Positions 1 to 10,489 are shown, counted from the first letter of the stretch. The stretch is DNA of 64,000 nt from an uncultured Acidobacteriaceae bacterium (GCA_963834345.1 CAWIBQ010000003.1:39875-103874); one strand, 5' to 3'. Numbers and translations: made by a program. The notes: generated from the letters alone by a model not told the origin.

Positions 1-957
1 TCCGGCTCCGGCAAATCCACGCTGGTTCACCAGGTTCTGTATCGCGCCATCGCGCATGCCCTGGGCCAGACGGAGGGCGGCGACCCAACCGGTCTCTACC
101 GGGAGCTCACCGGCGCCGAGCGGCTGAACGATATCGTTCTCGTCGACCAGAATCCTATCGGTCGCACGCCTCGCTCGAATCCGGTTACCTACATCAAGGC
201 CTTCGATGCGATTCGCGAGCTCTTTGCTTCGCAGCCGGAAGCGGAGCGCCGCGGCTACGGCGCCGGGCACTTCTCCTTCAACGTCCCGGGCGGGCGCTGC
301 GATGTCTGCGAGGGCGATGGCACGGTCACGGTCGAGATGCAGTTCCTGGCCGACGTCGAGCTTCCCTGCGAGGAATGTAGCGGCCATCGTTACAAATCAT
401 CCACGCTCGAAGTCCGCTACAAGGGCAAGAACATCTCCGAGGTACTGCAGCTCTCGGTCAAGGAAGCGCTGCGCTTCTTCGCCGGTCATCCACGCATTCT
501 CGACAAGCTGGCCGTGCTCGATGAAGTCGGCCTCGGCTACGTCCGGCTAGGCCAGTCTGCCACCACGCTCTCCGGTGGCGAAGCACAACGCGTGAAGCTG
601 GCCAGCCACCTCGCCAGCGTTCGCACAACCAATGGCAAGACGGGGCGGTCGCGCACACTTTATATCCTGGACGAGCCCACCACCGGCCTCCATTTCGACG
701 ACGTCGGCAAGCTACTCCACGCCTTCCGCAAGCTCATTGATGGGGGCGGCTCACTGCTGGTCATTGAGCACAATCTTGATGTCATCAAATCTGCCGACTG
801 GGTCATCGACATGGGTCCGGAAGGCGGCAACGGCGGAGGCGAGATCGTAGCCACCGGCACTCCGGAGGAGATCGCGGTCGCGGAGGGCTCACACACCGGC
901 TACTGGCTGCGACGCGTGCTGAAGGGCGCTCCGGAAGACGCTCGAGTTGCAGTTTAA
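1..957 (+). CDS. uvrA: Excinuclease ABC subunit A, C-terminal part (5' end outside window)
   Basis: Frame 1 is open from nt 1 (SGSGKSTLV Walker A; CDVCEGDG zinc finger; [15 protein letters not shown] signature; [12 protein letters not shown] Walker B). The ORF track starts only at internal Met 337. Confidence 0.95.
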   Translation, partial: SGSGKSTLVHQVLYRAIAHALGQTEGGDPTGLYRELTGAERLNDIVLVDQNPIGRTPRSNPVTYIKAFDAIRELFASQPEAERRGYGAGHFSFNVPGGRCDVCEGDGTVTVEMQFLADVELPCEECSGHRYKSSTLEVRYKGKNISEVLQLSVKEALRFFAGHPRILDKLAVLDEVGLGYVRLGQSATTLSGGEAQRVKLASHLASVRTTNGKTGRSRTLYILDEPTTGLHFDDVGKLLHAFRKLIDGGGSLLVIEHNLDVIKSADWVIDMGPEGGNGGGEIVATGTPEEIAVAEGSHTGYWLRRVLKGAPEDARVAV

Positions 958-966
958 GGAATAGCG

Positions 967-2307
967 ATGAAGTTGCTGTATTTAGCTGTCTTGCTCTTAT
1001 CCGTGAATGCCGTGGCACAACAGGGTCCGCTCCCCGCTGGAAGTCACGACCCGGACGAGGCCAGCGCAACATCCTTGGCGCCTGTTTCCGGAAAACCGGC
1101 AGGCATCGCGCCCGCCCTCGCCGCGGCGGAGGACAAGATCGAAGCGCACGACTTCGATGCCGCCAGGCCGTCGCTCGTCGGCTACCTCCAGCAACATCCG
1201 ACGGATGCTCGCGCCCTTTTTGATCTGGGATTTGTCGAGGACTCTACCGGTGAACAAGATGCGGCCGAGCGCGACTACGGCAAGGCCATCGCCGCCGATC
1301 CGAAGCAGTTCGAATCGCACGCAGCGCTCGGTTTGCTCTACGCGCAAACTAGCCGCCCTGCGAAGGCGCTTCCGGAGCTTCAGGCCGCCAGCCAGCTTGA
1401 ACCGGCCAGTCACGACCCAGCGGCCAAGGCACAGGTGTGGCGCAGTCTGGCCCAGCTTCAGCTTTCCAGCGATCCCGCCGCCGCGAAGCAATCCCTGCTG
1501 AAGGCGCTCGAGATTGCTCCCGGCAGCGAAAGGCCGGCGGATCTGGTGCTGACCGGGCAGATTGCCGAGGCCAACGACGATCCCGAGGATGCCGAGGTCG
1601 CTTACCGGCGCGCCTTGTCTGCGGATCCAGCCTCTGCGGGCGCCACCTCCGGACTCGCCCATCTCCTGCTCAAGCAGAACAAGCCGCAGGAAGCGGAACC
1701 CCTGCTGCGTGCAGCACTTGCCAAGCATCCGGAGGATGCCGGGCTGACCGCTCAACTCGCCACTGCGCTCTCTGCGGAGGGCAATCATGCAGAGGCTACG
1801 GCCGCGCTTGAAAAACTGCACCAACTGCAGCCGGCGAACGCCGAGGTGACAGGCATGCTGGCAGACGACTATCTGCGCAATGGCGCGCCGGAAAAGGCGG
1901 CACCCCTGCTGGCGGAGGCCGTGCAGGCATCGCCGAACGACCCCCGTTTGCTCACGGACTACGGGCAGAGTCTGATCTATACCAAGCAATTCACCAGCGC
2001 TATTCCCGTTTTGGAACGGGCCGCCGCTGCCGACCCGCACAACGAAGACGCTTGGGGCGGCCTTGCCTTCGCTCATTCCCAGCTTCATCAGGACGCCGAG
2101 GTGCTCAAGGATCTTTCGTCCCGACAAAAATTCGCGGCCGATACACCAGAAACATTGTTTCTGTGGGCAACTTCGTACGATAATCTGCACCAGATGAAGC
2201 AGGCGGCCGAGTATTATGAAAGGTTCCTCGCGACCGCCCAGGGAAGATACCCAAACGAGGAATGGCAGGCGAAACACCGGCTGGTGGCCCTAGGACACGG
2301 TCACTGA
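967..2307 (+). CDS. Secreted TPR-repeat protein
   Basis: 446-aa ORF with N-terminal signal peptide MKLLYLAVLLLSVNAVAQQ and repeated TPR-like 34-aa units (e.g. AERDYGKAIAADPKQFESHAALGLLYA). AAGGAA lies just upstream of the ATG. Confidence 0.8.
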   Translation: MKLLYLAVLLLSVNAVAQQGPLPAGSHDPDEASATSLAPVSGKPAGIAPALAAAEDKIEAHDFDAARPSLVGYLQQHPTDARALFDLGFVEDSTGEQDAAERDYGKAIAADPKQFESHAALGLLYAQTSRPAKALPELQAASQLEPASHDPAAKAQVWRSLAQLQLSSDPAAAKQSLLKALEIAPGSERPADLVLTGQIAEANDDPEDAEVAYRRALSADPASAGATSGLAHLLLKQNKPQEAEPLLRAALAKHPEDAGLTAQLATALSAEGNHAEATAALEKLHQLQPANAEVTGMLADDYLRNGAPEKAAPLLAEAVQASPNDPRLLTDYGQSLIYTKQFTSAIPVLERAAAADPHNEDAWGGLAFAHSQLHQDAEVLKDLSSRQKFAADTPETLFLWATSYDNLHQMKQAAEYYERFLATAQGRYPNEEWQAKHRLVALGHGH

Positions 2308-2334
2308 CCATGCACGGAAAGTCCGAGGTGCGCT

Positions 2335-2778
2335 ATGCGTCCAATCGGTCTGCTCCTGTTTGTCGCGCTTCTCTCCCCTCAGCTCGGCCACGCCTTTAGT
2401 TCGGACAAGCCACTCGATCCTGTTGCCCTCTCCGCACTTGCCACGAAGGCGAGTCTCGCCTCGCCAAAAGAGCAGTGCTTCCTGTATGCGGAACTTGTGC
2501 ATCAGATGACCGAACTCGCCGGCCGTCAGCTCAGCCAGGGTGAGGACGCATCGGGCACGCTGCGTGCAGTGCGAGACTATACCCAGAAGATCCATTTGAA
2601 CGAGGCGAAGGACAACAAGCGGCTTAAGAATGCGCAGATTCTGATGGAGCACACCGCATTCCGCTTGAACGAGTATCTGCACTCTGCGGCTCTGGACGAC
2701 CGTCCGGTTCTCGAGTCGACTTTGAAGAACCTCAACGAGGTTCAAAATGAGCTCATGATGCAGGTGTTCCGCCACTGA
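2335..2778 (+). CDS. Hypothetical secreted helical protein
   Basis: 147-aa ORF with signal-like N-terminus MRPIGLLLFVALLSPQLGHA and a GAGG upstream. No recognisable motif. Confidence 0.6.
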   Translation: MRPIGLLLFVALLSPQLGHAFSSDKPLDPVALSALATKASLASPKEQCFLYAELVHQMTELAGRQLSQGEDASGTLRAVRDYTQKIHLNEAKDNKRLKNAQILMEHTAFRLNEYLHSAALDDRPVLESTLKNLNEVQNELMMQVFRH

Positions 2779-2831
2779 ATCATTTGCGGGTCTCTCTCTC
2801 AACACGCCGCTCCGTGAACGCCGCCGGGGAA

Positions 2832-3362
2832 ATGTTTCGTCTCGCCATTCTCTGTGTGGCCGTGTCCCTCTCTGTCATCCACAGCGCGCACGCACAACGC
2901 TCCAAGGATCCGCTCACGCCGGACCAGGAGGAGCAGGTCCGCGCCGTTGCCGATCAGCCAGACGAGCGCGTGAAGCTATACATCAAGTTCATCGAAGAGC
3001 GAACCGAGGCGATCCATCATGCAGTAGTACGTCCGGCAACGCAGCATCCCGGCGTTGTGATCCACGACCGTCTGGAGGAGTTCACACGCCTGGTGGACGA
3101 GTTGCAGGACAACCTGGATGCTTACGACGAATCGCACAGCGATGTCCGGAAGTCGCTCAAGCTCCTGCTCGATCACACGGCAAAGTGGACCGCGGTCCTC
3201 GAAGAGCCACCCGGATCTCCGGAATACGACTTTGCTCGAAAGTCCGCGACAGATGCGGTTGCCAGCACGAATGAGGCGGCGACTGCGCTCCTGAAGTCAC
3301 AGGTGGAGTACTTCAGCAAGCACAAAGCCGAGAAAGACGCTAAAAAGAAGTCGGACGATTAG
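2832..3362 (+). CDS. Hypothetical secreted protein
   Basis: ORF 2784-3362 trimmed to ATG 2832 (MFRLAILCVAVSLSVIHSAHA signal peptide, GGGGAA just upstream). Lys-rich C-terminus. Confidence 0.6.
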   Translation: MFRLAILCVAVSLSVIHSAHAQRSKDPLTPDQEEQVRAVADQPDERVKLYIKFIEERTEAIHHAVVRPATQHPGVVIHDRLEEFTRLVDELQDNLDAYDESHSDVRKSLKLLLDHTAKWTAVLEEPPGSPEYDFARKSATDAVASTNEAATALLKSQVEYFSKHKAEKDAKKKSDD

Positions 3363-3418
3363 CTCAGCCCTGAGCCTTTCCCGGCGTCCCATGCATCTGT
3401 TTATTGACAGGCGGTGGT

Positions 3419-3613
3419 ATGGAAAGCGCACTCCCCATTCTTCAACGACTGGTGCTCATCATCGTCGCGATATTCGCGCTATACCAATGCTTCCAGATCA
3501 AAGACGCCGGTCGACTGGCACGGCCCGCAGCCGGCTGGACTGTACGCGCTTGTCTGATCGCCTTGGCGGCGGTTTGCCTATTCGTAATAGCGCGTACGGC
3601 CGGCATGGGCTGA
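3419..3613 (+). CDS. Small two-TM membrane protein (hypothetical)
   Basis: ORF 3404-3613 with probable ATG at 3419 (MESALPILQRLVLIIVAIFALY... ACLIALAAVCLFVIA). A clean terminator follows directly. Confidence 0.4.
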   Translation: MESALPILQRLVLIIVAIFALYQCFQIKDAGRLARPAAGWTVRACLIALAAVCLFVIARTAGMG

Positions 3614-3635
3614 GCTGCGCGGCTCAGCTTTTCTT
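3609..3635 (+). terminator. Rho-independent terminator
   Basis: GCTGAGC-tgcgcg-GCTCAGC 7-bp stem followed by TTTTCTT. Overlaps the stop codon at 3611-3613. Confidence 0.7.
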
Positions 3636-3703
3636 AACGGAAATGCTGGTCCGATATCTCTCCTAAACAAACACCCCCGTTTTCTGAAAACGGTCAAAGC
3701 GCA

Positions 3704-4492
3704 GTGATTGTGCTCAGTTTTGGATACAGGGCGCGGAGTATGCCGGCAGTCCTCTACCGGCGACGCTCCGCGCGGAGCGCTCGAGGGTGCTACGCTAGCG
3801 TTGTCGTGAGTCCCGAGCTGCAACAGATCTTTCAGGATGAATATCGCGTGGTCCGGCCGCGCGCGCCTATCCCGCCTCTCCATGTGCGCTTTCGCCGCTT
3901 CACCACCCTCAACACCACGATCCGGCTGCGCGAGGGCAAGCTGCACGTCTCGCTCTCCGATGTGCTGGAAGGCGCGCCCGAACCCGTTCTGCGGGCCATT
4001 GCACACATACTGATCGCGAAGCTCTATCGCAAACCGCTCGATGCGCGGCACACGCGGCGCTACCGTCATTTCTCTTCGAGCGAGTCGGTGATGCGGCAGA
4101 CCGAGCTTATCCGGCAGATGCGCGGCCGCAAGACGATCCTTGGCGCCAAGGGACAGTACTACGACCTGGATGAGATCTTCGAAAGCCTGAACCAGCGCTT
4201 TTTCTATGGGCTGATGGGACGCCCCGTGCTGACCTGGAGCAGCCACATGGCTCGCCGCAGCCTTGGCCACTACGATGCCGCGCACAATACCATCGTCGTC
4301 AGCCGCGTCTTCGATCGCCGCAATACGCCACGCTGTGCCGTGGAATACCTGGTCTACCACGAGATGCTGCACCTGAAGCACCCGGTTACCGTGCGCTCCG
4401 GACGGCGCTGCGTTCATTCGCGCGCCTTTCAGGAAGACGAGCGGCGCTTCCCGGAGCTTGCGGGCGCGAAGCTCTACCTGAAGCAGCTTTGA
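3704..4492 (+). CDS. SprT-like / DUF45-type zinc metallopeptidase (HExxH)
   Basis: C-terminal YLVYHEMLHLKH (HExxH) followed by RAFQEDERRFPE, typical of YgjP/SprT-like proteins. Start uncertain (alternative ATG 3740). Confidence 0.65.
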   Translation: MIVLSFGYRARSMPAVLYRRRSARSARGCYASVVVSPELQQIFQDEYRVVRPRAPIPPLHVRFRRFTTLNTTIRLREGKLHVSLSDVLEGAPEPVLRAIAHILIAKLYRKPLDARHTRRYRHFSSSESVMRQTELIRQMRGRKTILGAKGQYYDLDEIFESLNQRFFYGLMGRPVLTWSSHMARRSLGHYDAAHNTIVVSRVFDRRNTPRCAVEYLVYHEMLHLKHPVTVRSGRRCVHSRAFQEDERRFPELAGAKLYLKQL

Positions 4493-4502
4493 AAATGAAA
4501 CT

Positions 4503-5267
4503 TTAGGTAGCCGCGGCAGCACGCGCGGTGCGCGTTGCGGCGTGACGACGCGCCCACACAATGACCGCAACGCCGATAATCATGGAGCCGATGCTCGCCA
4601 CCTGCGCGTTGCTCATGCCGAAGTAGATGCGCGGATTGATGCGGATGAACTCCACCAGAAAGCGGGCGATGCCGGAGAGCACCAGGTATTCCCCCGTGAT
4701 CTCCCCGGGGCTGCGGCGGCCTCGCTTCCACAGGATGGCTGCGATGATGAGCGCACCGATGAGCTCGTAGATGGGCGTGGGATGGACACGCTGTAGCGTC
4801 GGCACCAAGCCATGCGGAAAGCTCACACCCCACGGCAGTGTCGTTGGGATGCCGTAGTCGCCGTCGCCCGAAGTAAAACAGCCGATGCGACCGACCCCAT
4901 AGCCCACAGCCGCGGCGGGAGCAGCCAGGTCCAGCATGCCAAGCGCGCCAACCTTTGCGGCGCGGCCCTGCCACATCAGCGTCAGGATGCCGGCGATCAG
5001 GCCGCCATACCAGGCAAAGCCGGCGCGATCGAAGAGCGTTGCCGCCGGGTAATGCATCAGCGTGGCCGGATCTTCCAGGACATGCCACAGCTTGGCTCCG
5101 ACCACACCGAGAACAGTGACGAAGGCCACGACGCTGATAGCGTCCGCCTGGACATGAAAGCGCCGAAAGTTCAGGTGGAGCACGTAGCCGGCGCAGACTG
5201 CGGCCAGCCAGAGCATGAGACCGAAGGTGCCGATGGTGAGCGGGCCTAGATGAATATATGGATACAT
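4503..5267 (-). CDS. lgt: Prolipoprotein diacylglyceryl transferase
   Basis: MYPYIHLGPLTIGTFGLMLWLA..., FAWYGGLIAGILT, GRIGCFTSGDGDYG motifs. ORF 4503-5363 trimmed to Met 5267 to avoid divergent overlap with hpt. Confidence 0.9.
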   Translation of the reverse strand: MYPYIHLGPLTIGTFGLMLWLAAVCAGYVLHLNFRRFHVQADAISVVAFVTVLGVVGAKLWHVLEDPATLMHYPAATLFDRAGFAWYGGLIAGILTLMWQGRAAKVGALGMLDLAAPAAAVGYGVGRIGCFTSGDGDYGIPTTLPWGVSFPHGLVPTLQRVHPTPIYELIGALIIAAILWKRGRRSPGEITGEYLVLSGIARFLVEFIRINPRIYFGMSNAQVASIGSMIIGVAVIVWARRHAATRTARAAAAT

Positions 5268-5342
5268 GCGTGATGGTTCATTAATGAGTATAGCGAGCGG
5301 GACTATCTTTGGAGGAAGACGGATGTTGGGAGAAGATAGATC

Positions 5343-5903
5343 ATGGCGACGCCGATTCGACATTCATACCTGCCCGCCCATCCGCCCGTTCTGATCAGCC
5401 GCGATGCCATCGCCACCCGGGTCGTCGAGATCGGCGCGCAAATCGACCGCGATTTTGCTGGCGAATCGGTCCTGCTGGTTGGCGTGCTCAAAGGCGCGGC
5501 TATTTTTCTCTCCGATCTCGCCCGCGCCATCAGCATTCAATGCACCTTCGACTTCGTCGCCGTCTCCAGCTACGGCAAGGGCACGCGTTCCAGCGGAGCG
5601 GTCAAGCTCATCAAGGACCTCGACCATTCGATCGAGGGACGCAACATCGTTCTGGTCGAGGACATCCTCGACACCGGCCTCACCTTGTCTTTCCTCAAGC
5701 GCATGCTCACGCAGCACCGGCCACGCTCGCTGCGGGTGGCGACGCTTCTGGATAAGCCCGATCGCCGTCTCGAACCGATCCAGGCCGAGTACGTCGGATT
5801 CACCATCCCGAACCACTTCGTTATCGGCTATGGCATGGACTACGCAGAGCGCTTCCGGAATCTCCCGGATATATGTATATTTCCGCCCGACGCTGCTGAC
5901 TGA
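5343..5903 (+). CDS. hpt: Hypoxanthine phosphoribosyltransferase
   Basis: VLLVGVLKGAAIFLSDLARAI and PRPP-binding loop VLVEDILDTGLTLSFL. 186 aa. Confidence 0.9.
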   Translation: MATPIRHSYLPAHPPVLISRDAIATRVVEIGAQIDRDFAGESVLLVGVLKGAAIFLSDLARAISIQCTFDFVAVSSYGKGTRSSGAVKLIKDLDHSIEGRNIVLVEDILDTGLTLSFLKRMLTQHRPRSLRVATLLDKPDRRLEPIQAEYVGFTIPNHFVIGYGMDYAERFRNLPDICIFPPDAAD

Positions 5904-5998
5904 CGTTCTCCACAGCCCACGTGGCAAACTCTCGTCCGCCCGCTGCGTCCATCAGGAGGGTGGCATCCATATGCTCACCCAGGGAGTGAAGTGCGAAA

Positions 5999-6778
5999 AT
6001 GAGAGTGATGGAGCCGAACATCTCTGACGAGATCGTCGTATCGACGCGTGGCACCTTTGACGCTGCCGGTTTTGCAAGCAATGCCTTGGCAACAGCAGCC
6101 AGCCTAGCTGCCGTGCTGGACCACACACTGCTCAAGCCGGAGGCGACACGCGATCAGGTGCTTGCCCTATGCCATGAGGCAGCGGAACATCGCTTCGCCT
6201 GCGCGATGGTGAATCCCACATGGGTGCCGCTCGCGACTTCTGTGCTGGCCGGCACCGGCATACCCGTCGGCGTGGTGATCGGGTTCCCGCTGGGCGCCAG
6301 CCTTTCCACCACCAAGCGCGATGAGGCACGCGAGATGGTCAAGATGGGCGCGCGCGAACTCGATATGGTACTCAACATCGGCATGTTGAAGAGCGGACTG
6401 TACGATCAGGCCGAGGCGGATATTCGCTCCGTCACGGAGGTCGGTCGCGCGGCGGGGGCTGTGGTGAAAGTGATCCTCGAGACGTGCCTGCTCTCCATGC
6501 CCGAGAAGCTGCGCGCAGCCGAGATCGTCATCCATGCCGGCGCGGATTACCTGAAAACAAGTACCGGCTTTTCCACCGGAGGCGCCACTGCCGCCGATGT
6601 CGCGCTGCTCCGCGGCATTGCGGGGGACAGTTGCGGCGTCAAGGCATCCGGAGGCATCCGCACCCTCAGCGACGCTCGGACCATGCTTGAGGCTGGTGCA
6701 AGCCGCATTGGCGCGAGCGCCAGCGTCCGCATCGTCGAAGAGCTGAACTCGGCGCTCGCTGCCACAGCCACAACCTGA
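5999..6778 (+). CDS. deoC: Deoxyribose-phosphate aldolase
   Basis: LDHTLLKPEAT, VGVVIGFPLGAS, KVILETCLL, ADYLKTSTGF (Schiff-base Lys region), VKASGGIRT. Confidence 0.9.
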   Translation: MRVMEPNISDEIVVSTRGTFDAAGFASNALATAASLAAVLDHTLLKPEATRDQVLALCHEAAEHRFACAMVNPTWVPLATSVLAGTGIPVGVVIGFPLGASLSTTKRDEAREMVKMGARELDMVLNIGMLKSGLYDQAEADIRSVTEVGRAAGAVVKVILETCLLSMPEKLRAAEIVIHAGADYLKTSTGFSTGGATAADVALLRGIAGDSCGVKASGGIRTLSDARTMLEAGASRIGASASVRIVEELNSALAATATT

Positions 6779-6887
6779 CCCATCCCATCGATTCGTACGA
6801 TTTCTGCGGCCATAATGCCGCCCCCTCGCTGCGCTATGATGACTCGATTGCCTGCCCCGTCCCGGGTGCAGGCAGTGGAGCAGACTT

Positions 6888-8738
6888 GTGAAGGATGACG
6901 GCAAGCCGGATCAGCCCCAAGACCGGTCTCCGGAGAGCTTCGAAGGCGATTATCGGCCCGCTAGCGAAAGCGCAGCGGCGCGCGTACTGGTGCGCGCGGA
7001 GCCCATCCAGCTCGCATTCCTCATGCGGCTGGCAAGTGCGCTCAATGCCACGCTCGACCTCCAGACCATCATGCAACAGACCGCGGAGCTGGTCCGGGCG
7101 GTCATCGATTTCCGCATCTTCGCCATCCTTCTGCTGAACGACCGCACCAACGATCTCCGTATGCGCTACCAGGTTGGCCACACGCCGGAGACCGAGCGCC
7201 GCCGCTTCCGCATCGGCGAAGGCATCATCGGCGAAGCTGCTTCGCGCAAGGAACCGGTGCTGATCAACGATGTGCGCACGTCGAAGAATTACGTCTCGGC
7301 GAACGAGGCCGTGCGCTCGGAGCTGGCCGTGCCGCTCATCGTCAAGGGACGGGTCATCGGCGTCATCGACATCGAAAGCGAGGAGGTCGGCTATTTCCAG
7401 GAGGAACAGCTCCGCCTGCTGGAATTGACGGCGTCGCGCGTCGCGGTGGCGATCGAGAACGCGCGGTTGTACACCCGCGTCTCGCGGCAGGCACAAACGC
7501 TCGCGGTGCTTACCGAGATCTCACGCGACCTCAGCTCGATCCTCGATCTGGATGAGTTGCTGGAGCGCATCGGCCATCTGCTGCGCCGTCTCATCGACTA
7601 CCAGATGTTCTCCATCCTGCTGCTCAACGAGCGCGATCAGGTGCTGGAGACGCAATTCGCTGTTCGTTTCGGTGAGCGCTACGTTCCCATCGAACGAGTT
7701 CCGCTCGGCCGCGGCCTTGTCGGTGTCGCGGTGCAGACGCAGGCGCCGGTCTACGCTCCGGACGTTCGCCGCGACTCTCGCTACCACATGGTCAATCCGC
7801 TCACGCGCTCGGAACTGGCAGTCCCGCTGGTTTACAAGAAGAAGGTGATCGGCGTGCTGGACATGGAGCACACGCGCGCCAACTACTTCAACGAAGATCA
7901 CCAGCGCACCATCGTCACGCTGGCGGCGCAGATCGCCATCGCGATCGAAAACGCTCGCCTCTACCAGCGCGTGGCCCAACAGGAGCAGCGGCTGGAGCAC
8001 GACCTCGAAATGGCGCGCGAGGTACAGCTTCGCCTGCTGCCACAGTCGCTTCCGAAGCATCAGACCACTGAGTTCGCAACCCGTTTCCTGCCGGCGCGCA
8101 CCATCGGCGGGGACATGTACGACTTCCTCCATTACGACAGCCACCGCACCGGCATCGCGCTGGGAGACGCCAGCGGCAAGGCCGCGCCGGCGGCGCTCTA
8201 CGCCGCGCTGGTCAGCGGTATCATGCGCGCAGCCGCTCCCCGGGCGCTGCATCCGGAAGAGATGCTGCGGCTGCTCAATGATTCGCTGCAGGAGCGGCGC
8301 GTCGACGCGCAATACGTCACCATGATCTACGCGGTATGGAATGACGAAGACCAGACCCTGGAGATTTCGAACGCCGGCGCGGTGCAGCCGCTCATCAGCC
8401 GCAATGGTGAAGTGGAGACCATCCACGCCGAGGGCTTTCCGCTCGGCCTCTTCCCCAATGTTTCTTACGAGCAGTTCACGCTCTCGCTGCGTCCGGGCGA
8501 TTCCGTCGTATTTTTCAGCGACGGCCTCGCCGACGCTCAGAATCCCGAAGGCGAGATGTTTGGGACCGAGCAGCTTTGCGAGATCGTTCAGCAGAACGCA
8601 TTCCTGGGCGCGAATGACCTCGCCGACCTGGTGATGGACAGGATCAGCAAGTTCCAGGCCGGCGCCGAACACTTCGATGACGAGACGCTGATCGTACTTC
8701 GTGTCAAGGATGCCCCGCCCGCCGGCCCTGCCAACTAG
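6888..8738 (+). CDS. GAF-GAF-PP2C (SpoIIE/RsbU-type) serine phosphatase
   Basis: Two GAF-like modules (IINDVRTSKNY...ELAVPLIVKGRVIGVIDIES and APDVRRDSRY...ELAVPLVYKKKVIGVLDMEH), then a PP2C/SpoIIE region (GGDMYDF, GDASGKAAPAALYAA, FFSDGLADA, DDETLIVLRV). GTG start. Confidence 0.85.
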   Translation: MKDDGKPDQPQDRSPESFEGDYRPASESAAARVLVRAEPIQLAFLMRLASALNATLDLQTIMQQTAELVRAVIDFRIFAILLLNDRTNDLRMRYQVGHTPETERRRFRIGEGIIGEAASRKEPVLINDVRTSKNYVSANEAVRSELAVPLIVKGRVIGVIDIESEEVGYFQEEQLRLLELTASRVAVAIENARLYTRVSRQAQTLAVLTEISRDLSSILDLDELLERIGHLLRRLIDYQMFSILLLNERDQVLETQFAVRFGERYVPIERVPLGRGLVGVAVQTQAPVYAPDVRRDSRYHMVNPLTRSELAVPLVYKKKVIGVLDMEHTRANYFNEDHQRTIVTLAAQIAIAIENARLYQRVAQQEQRLEHDLEMAREVQLRLLPQSLPKHQTTEFATRFLPARTIGGDMYDFLHYDSHRTGIALGDASGKAAPAALYAALVSGIMRAAAPRALHPEEMLRLLNDSLQERRVDAQYVTMIYAVWNDEDQTLEISNAGAVQPLISRNGEVETIHAEGFPLGLFPNVSYEQFTLSLRPGDSVVFFSDGLADAQNPEGEMFGTEQLCEIVQQNAFLGANDLADLVMDRISKFQAGAEHFDDETLIVLRVKDAPPAGPAN

Positions 8739-8784
8739 CGCCTCCGTTGTACCCTGAGAACAACCCCTTGATTGGAGCCCTCGC

Positions 8785-10095
8785 TTGTCTCAAGCCACAG
8801 CGACCCGCGTGATCGCGCCCGCCCGCAACCTGCTCGGCAGCCTGCGTCTGCCCGGCGATAAGAGCATCTCCCATCGCTACGCCCTGCTCGGCGGATTTGC
8901 CAACGGCACCACGCACCTCGAAAACTTTTCGACCGGCGCGGACCCGGCCAGCAGCCTTGGCTGCGTTGCTGCGCTCGGCGCGAAAGTGGAACGAAATGGC
9001 GCGAGCATCACCATCCACGGATGCGGCGGCCACTTTCAGCCCGCCACAGCGCCGCTGGATTGCGGCAACTCCGGGTCGACCATGCGGATGCTCGCCGGCC
9101 TGCTCGCCGGTCAACATAACACCCCGCCCTCCCCTTTCACGCTCATCGGCGACAGCTCTCTCAGCCGCAGACCCATGGAACGCATCCGCAAACCGCTCGA
9201 AGCGATGGGGGCCCACATCACGTTGACGGAGGGGCATGCGCCGCTCACCATTCACGGCGCGCCGCTGAAGGCGATCGACTACACAACGCCCGTGCCCAGC
9301 GCGCAGGTAAAGACCGCCGTGCTCTTCGCCGGACTGCAGGCCAGCGGTACCACCACCGTCACCGAGTCAATCCGCACGCGCGACCACGGTGAGATCGCGC
9401 TTGAGGCGTTCGGCGCAAAGGTCACGCGTCATCGCGACACGGTCAGCATCAGCGGCGGCCAATCGCTTCAGGGCGTCGATACCGTCATACCCGGCGACAT
9501 CTCGTCGGCAGCCTTCTTTCTCTGCGCAGCGGCGCTCTTCCCCGACTCCGGCCTGCTGCTGGACAATCTCGGACTGAACCCGACGCGCGCCACACTGCTC
9601 GACGTGCTCGCCACGCTCGGCGCAAAGACCTCCGTCCTCAATCTGGAACAGCGCAGCGGCGAGCTTGCCGGCACCGTGCAACTGGTCGCGCCAAAGGATG
9701 GATTGAGCGGCGCCACCATCTCCGGCGCGCTCGCCGCCCAGCTCATCGACGAGCTGCCCGTCCTCGCGGCCATCGCGCCCTACACGCGGCACGGCATCCG
9801 CATCCGCGACGCCAGGGAGCTGCGCGTCAAGGAGTCCGACCGCATTGCACTCGTGGCAGAGAATCTGCGCCGGATGGGCGCGGAGGTGGCAGAGGTGGAA
9901 GATGGGCTGGACGTGCCGGGAGGCCAGTCACTGCATGGCGCCGAGATCGACTCAGGCGGTGACCATCGCATCGCGATGGCCTTCTCCGTAGCGGCGCTAC
10001 GTGCCGATGGGGAGTCGGCGATCCACGGTGCCGAATCGGCAGACATCTCCTTCCCGGAGTTCTTCAGCCTGCTCGATCAGGTCATCGTGCGTTGA
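8785..10095 (+). CDS. aroA: 3-phosphoshikimate 1-carboxyvinyltransferase (EPSP synthase)
   Basis: LPGDKSISHRYALL, LDCGNSGSTMRMLAGLL, RVKESDRI, DHRIAMAF motifs. TTG start with TGGAG upstream. Confidence 0.95.
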   Translation: MSQATATRVIAPARNLLGSLRLPGDKSISHRYALLGGFANGTTHLENFSTGADPASSLGCVAALGAKVERNGASITIHGCGGHFQPATAPLDCGNSGSTMRMLAGLLAGQHNTPPSPFTLIGDSSLSRRPMERIRKPLEAMGAHITLTEGHAPLTIHGAPLKAIDYTTPVPSAQVKTAVLFAGLQASGTTTVTESIRTRDHGEIALEAFGAKVTRHRDTVSISGGQSLQGVDTVIPGDISSAAFFLCAAALFPDSGLLLDNLGLNPTRATLLDVLATLGAKTSVLNLEQRSGELAGTVQLVAPKDGLSGATISGALAAQLIDELPVLAAIAPYTRHGIRIRDARELRVKESDRIALVAENLRRMGAEVAEVEDGLDVPGGQSLHGAEIDSGGDHRIAMAFSVAALRADGESAIHGAESADISFPEFFSLLDQVIVR

Positions 10096-10147
10096 AATGC
10101 ATCGCTCGCGGGAATCGAAAGGTGCGAATGCCTAAGGGGAGGCTTCC

Positions 10148-10489
10148 GTGCACATTGTGCGTCAATCCGCGCTGCCCGTTATCGGGATGTCGCATGAGTT
10201 TGTCGGAAAAGAGCAGGGACCGACCGGCATCTCGTTCTTCCTGGTAAGCAGCAAGGAACCGGGACAGCGCGTTCGTCTCCACAAACATGACTACGATGAG
10301 GTCGTCCATGTCATCGACGGCCAGTCAACGTGGACGATTGGGGACCGGCAGGTGATCGCCACAACAGGCGATACCGTCGTGGTGCATGCTGGTGAGCCGC
10401 ACGGCTTCGTGAACAGCGGTGAGGGGCAGTTGCGTCAGATCGACATTCACCTGCACCCCACCTTCGAGACAACCTGGCTGGAAGACTGA
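10148..10489 (+). CDS. Cupin domain protein
   Basis: 113 aa with the cupin two-motif pattern (HKHDYDEVVHVIDG ... VVVHAGEPHGFVN). GGGGAGG SD before the GTG. Confidence 0.7.
   Translation: MHIVRQSALPVIGMSHEFVGKEQGPTGISFFLVSSKEPGQRVRLHKHDYDEVVHVIDGQSTWTIGDRQVIATTGDTVVVHAGEPHGFVNSGEGQLRQIDIHLHPTFETTWLED

Noticed and set aside
997-2277. Very long ORFs antisense to or overlapping clear genes (e.g. 997-2277 minus, 28222-29391 plus, 34070-35458 plus, 36293-37390 plus, 38340-39716 minus, 61142-62206 minus)
   Set aside because: Open antisense frames are expected in high-GC DNA. Their translations are Arg/Ala/Gly-rich with no family motifs, and the opposite strand carries unmistakable conserved genes.
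3627-3643. Exact 17-mer GCTTTTCTTAACGGAAA shared by the terminator at 3609-3635 and the hairpin at 19753-19790 (19762-19778)
   Set aside because: With about 4e9 position pairs on both strands versus 4^17 (about 1.7e10) possible words, a few tenths of such matches are expected by chance. Both sites are T-rich terminator contexts. This is not enough to call a repeat family from this window alone.
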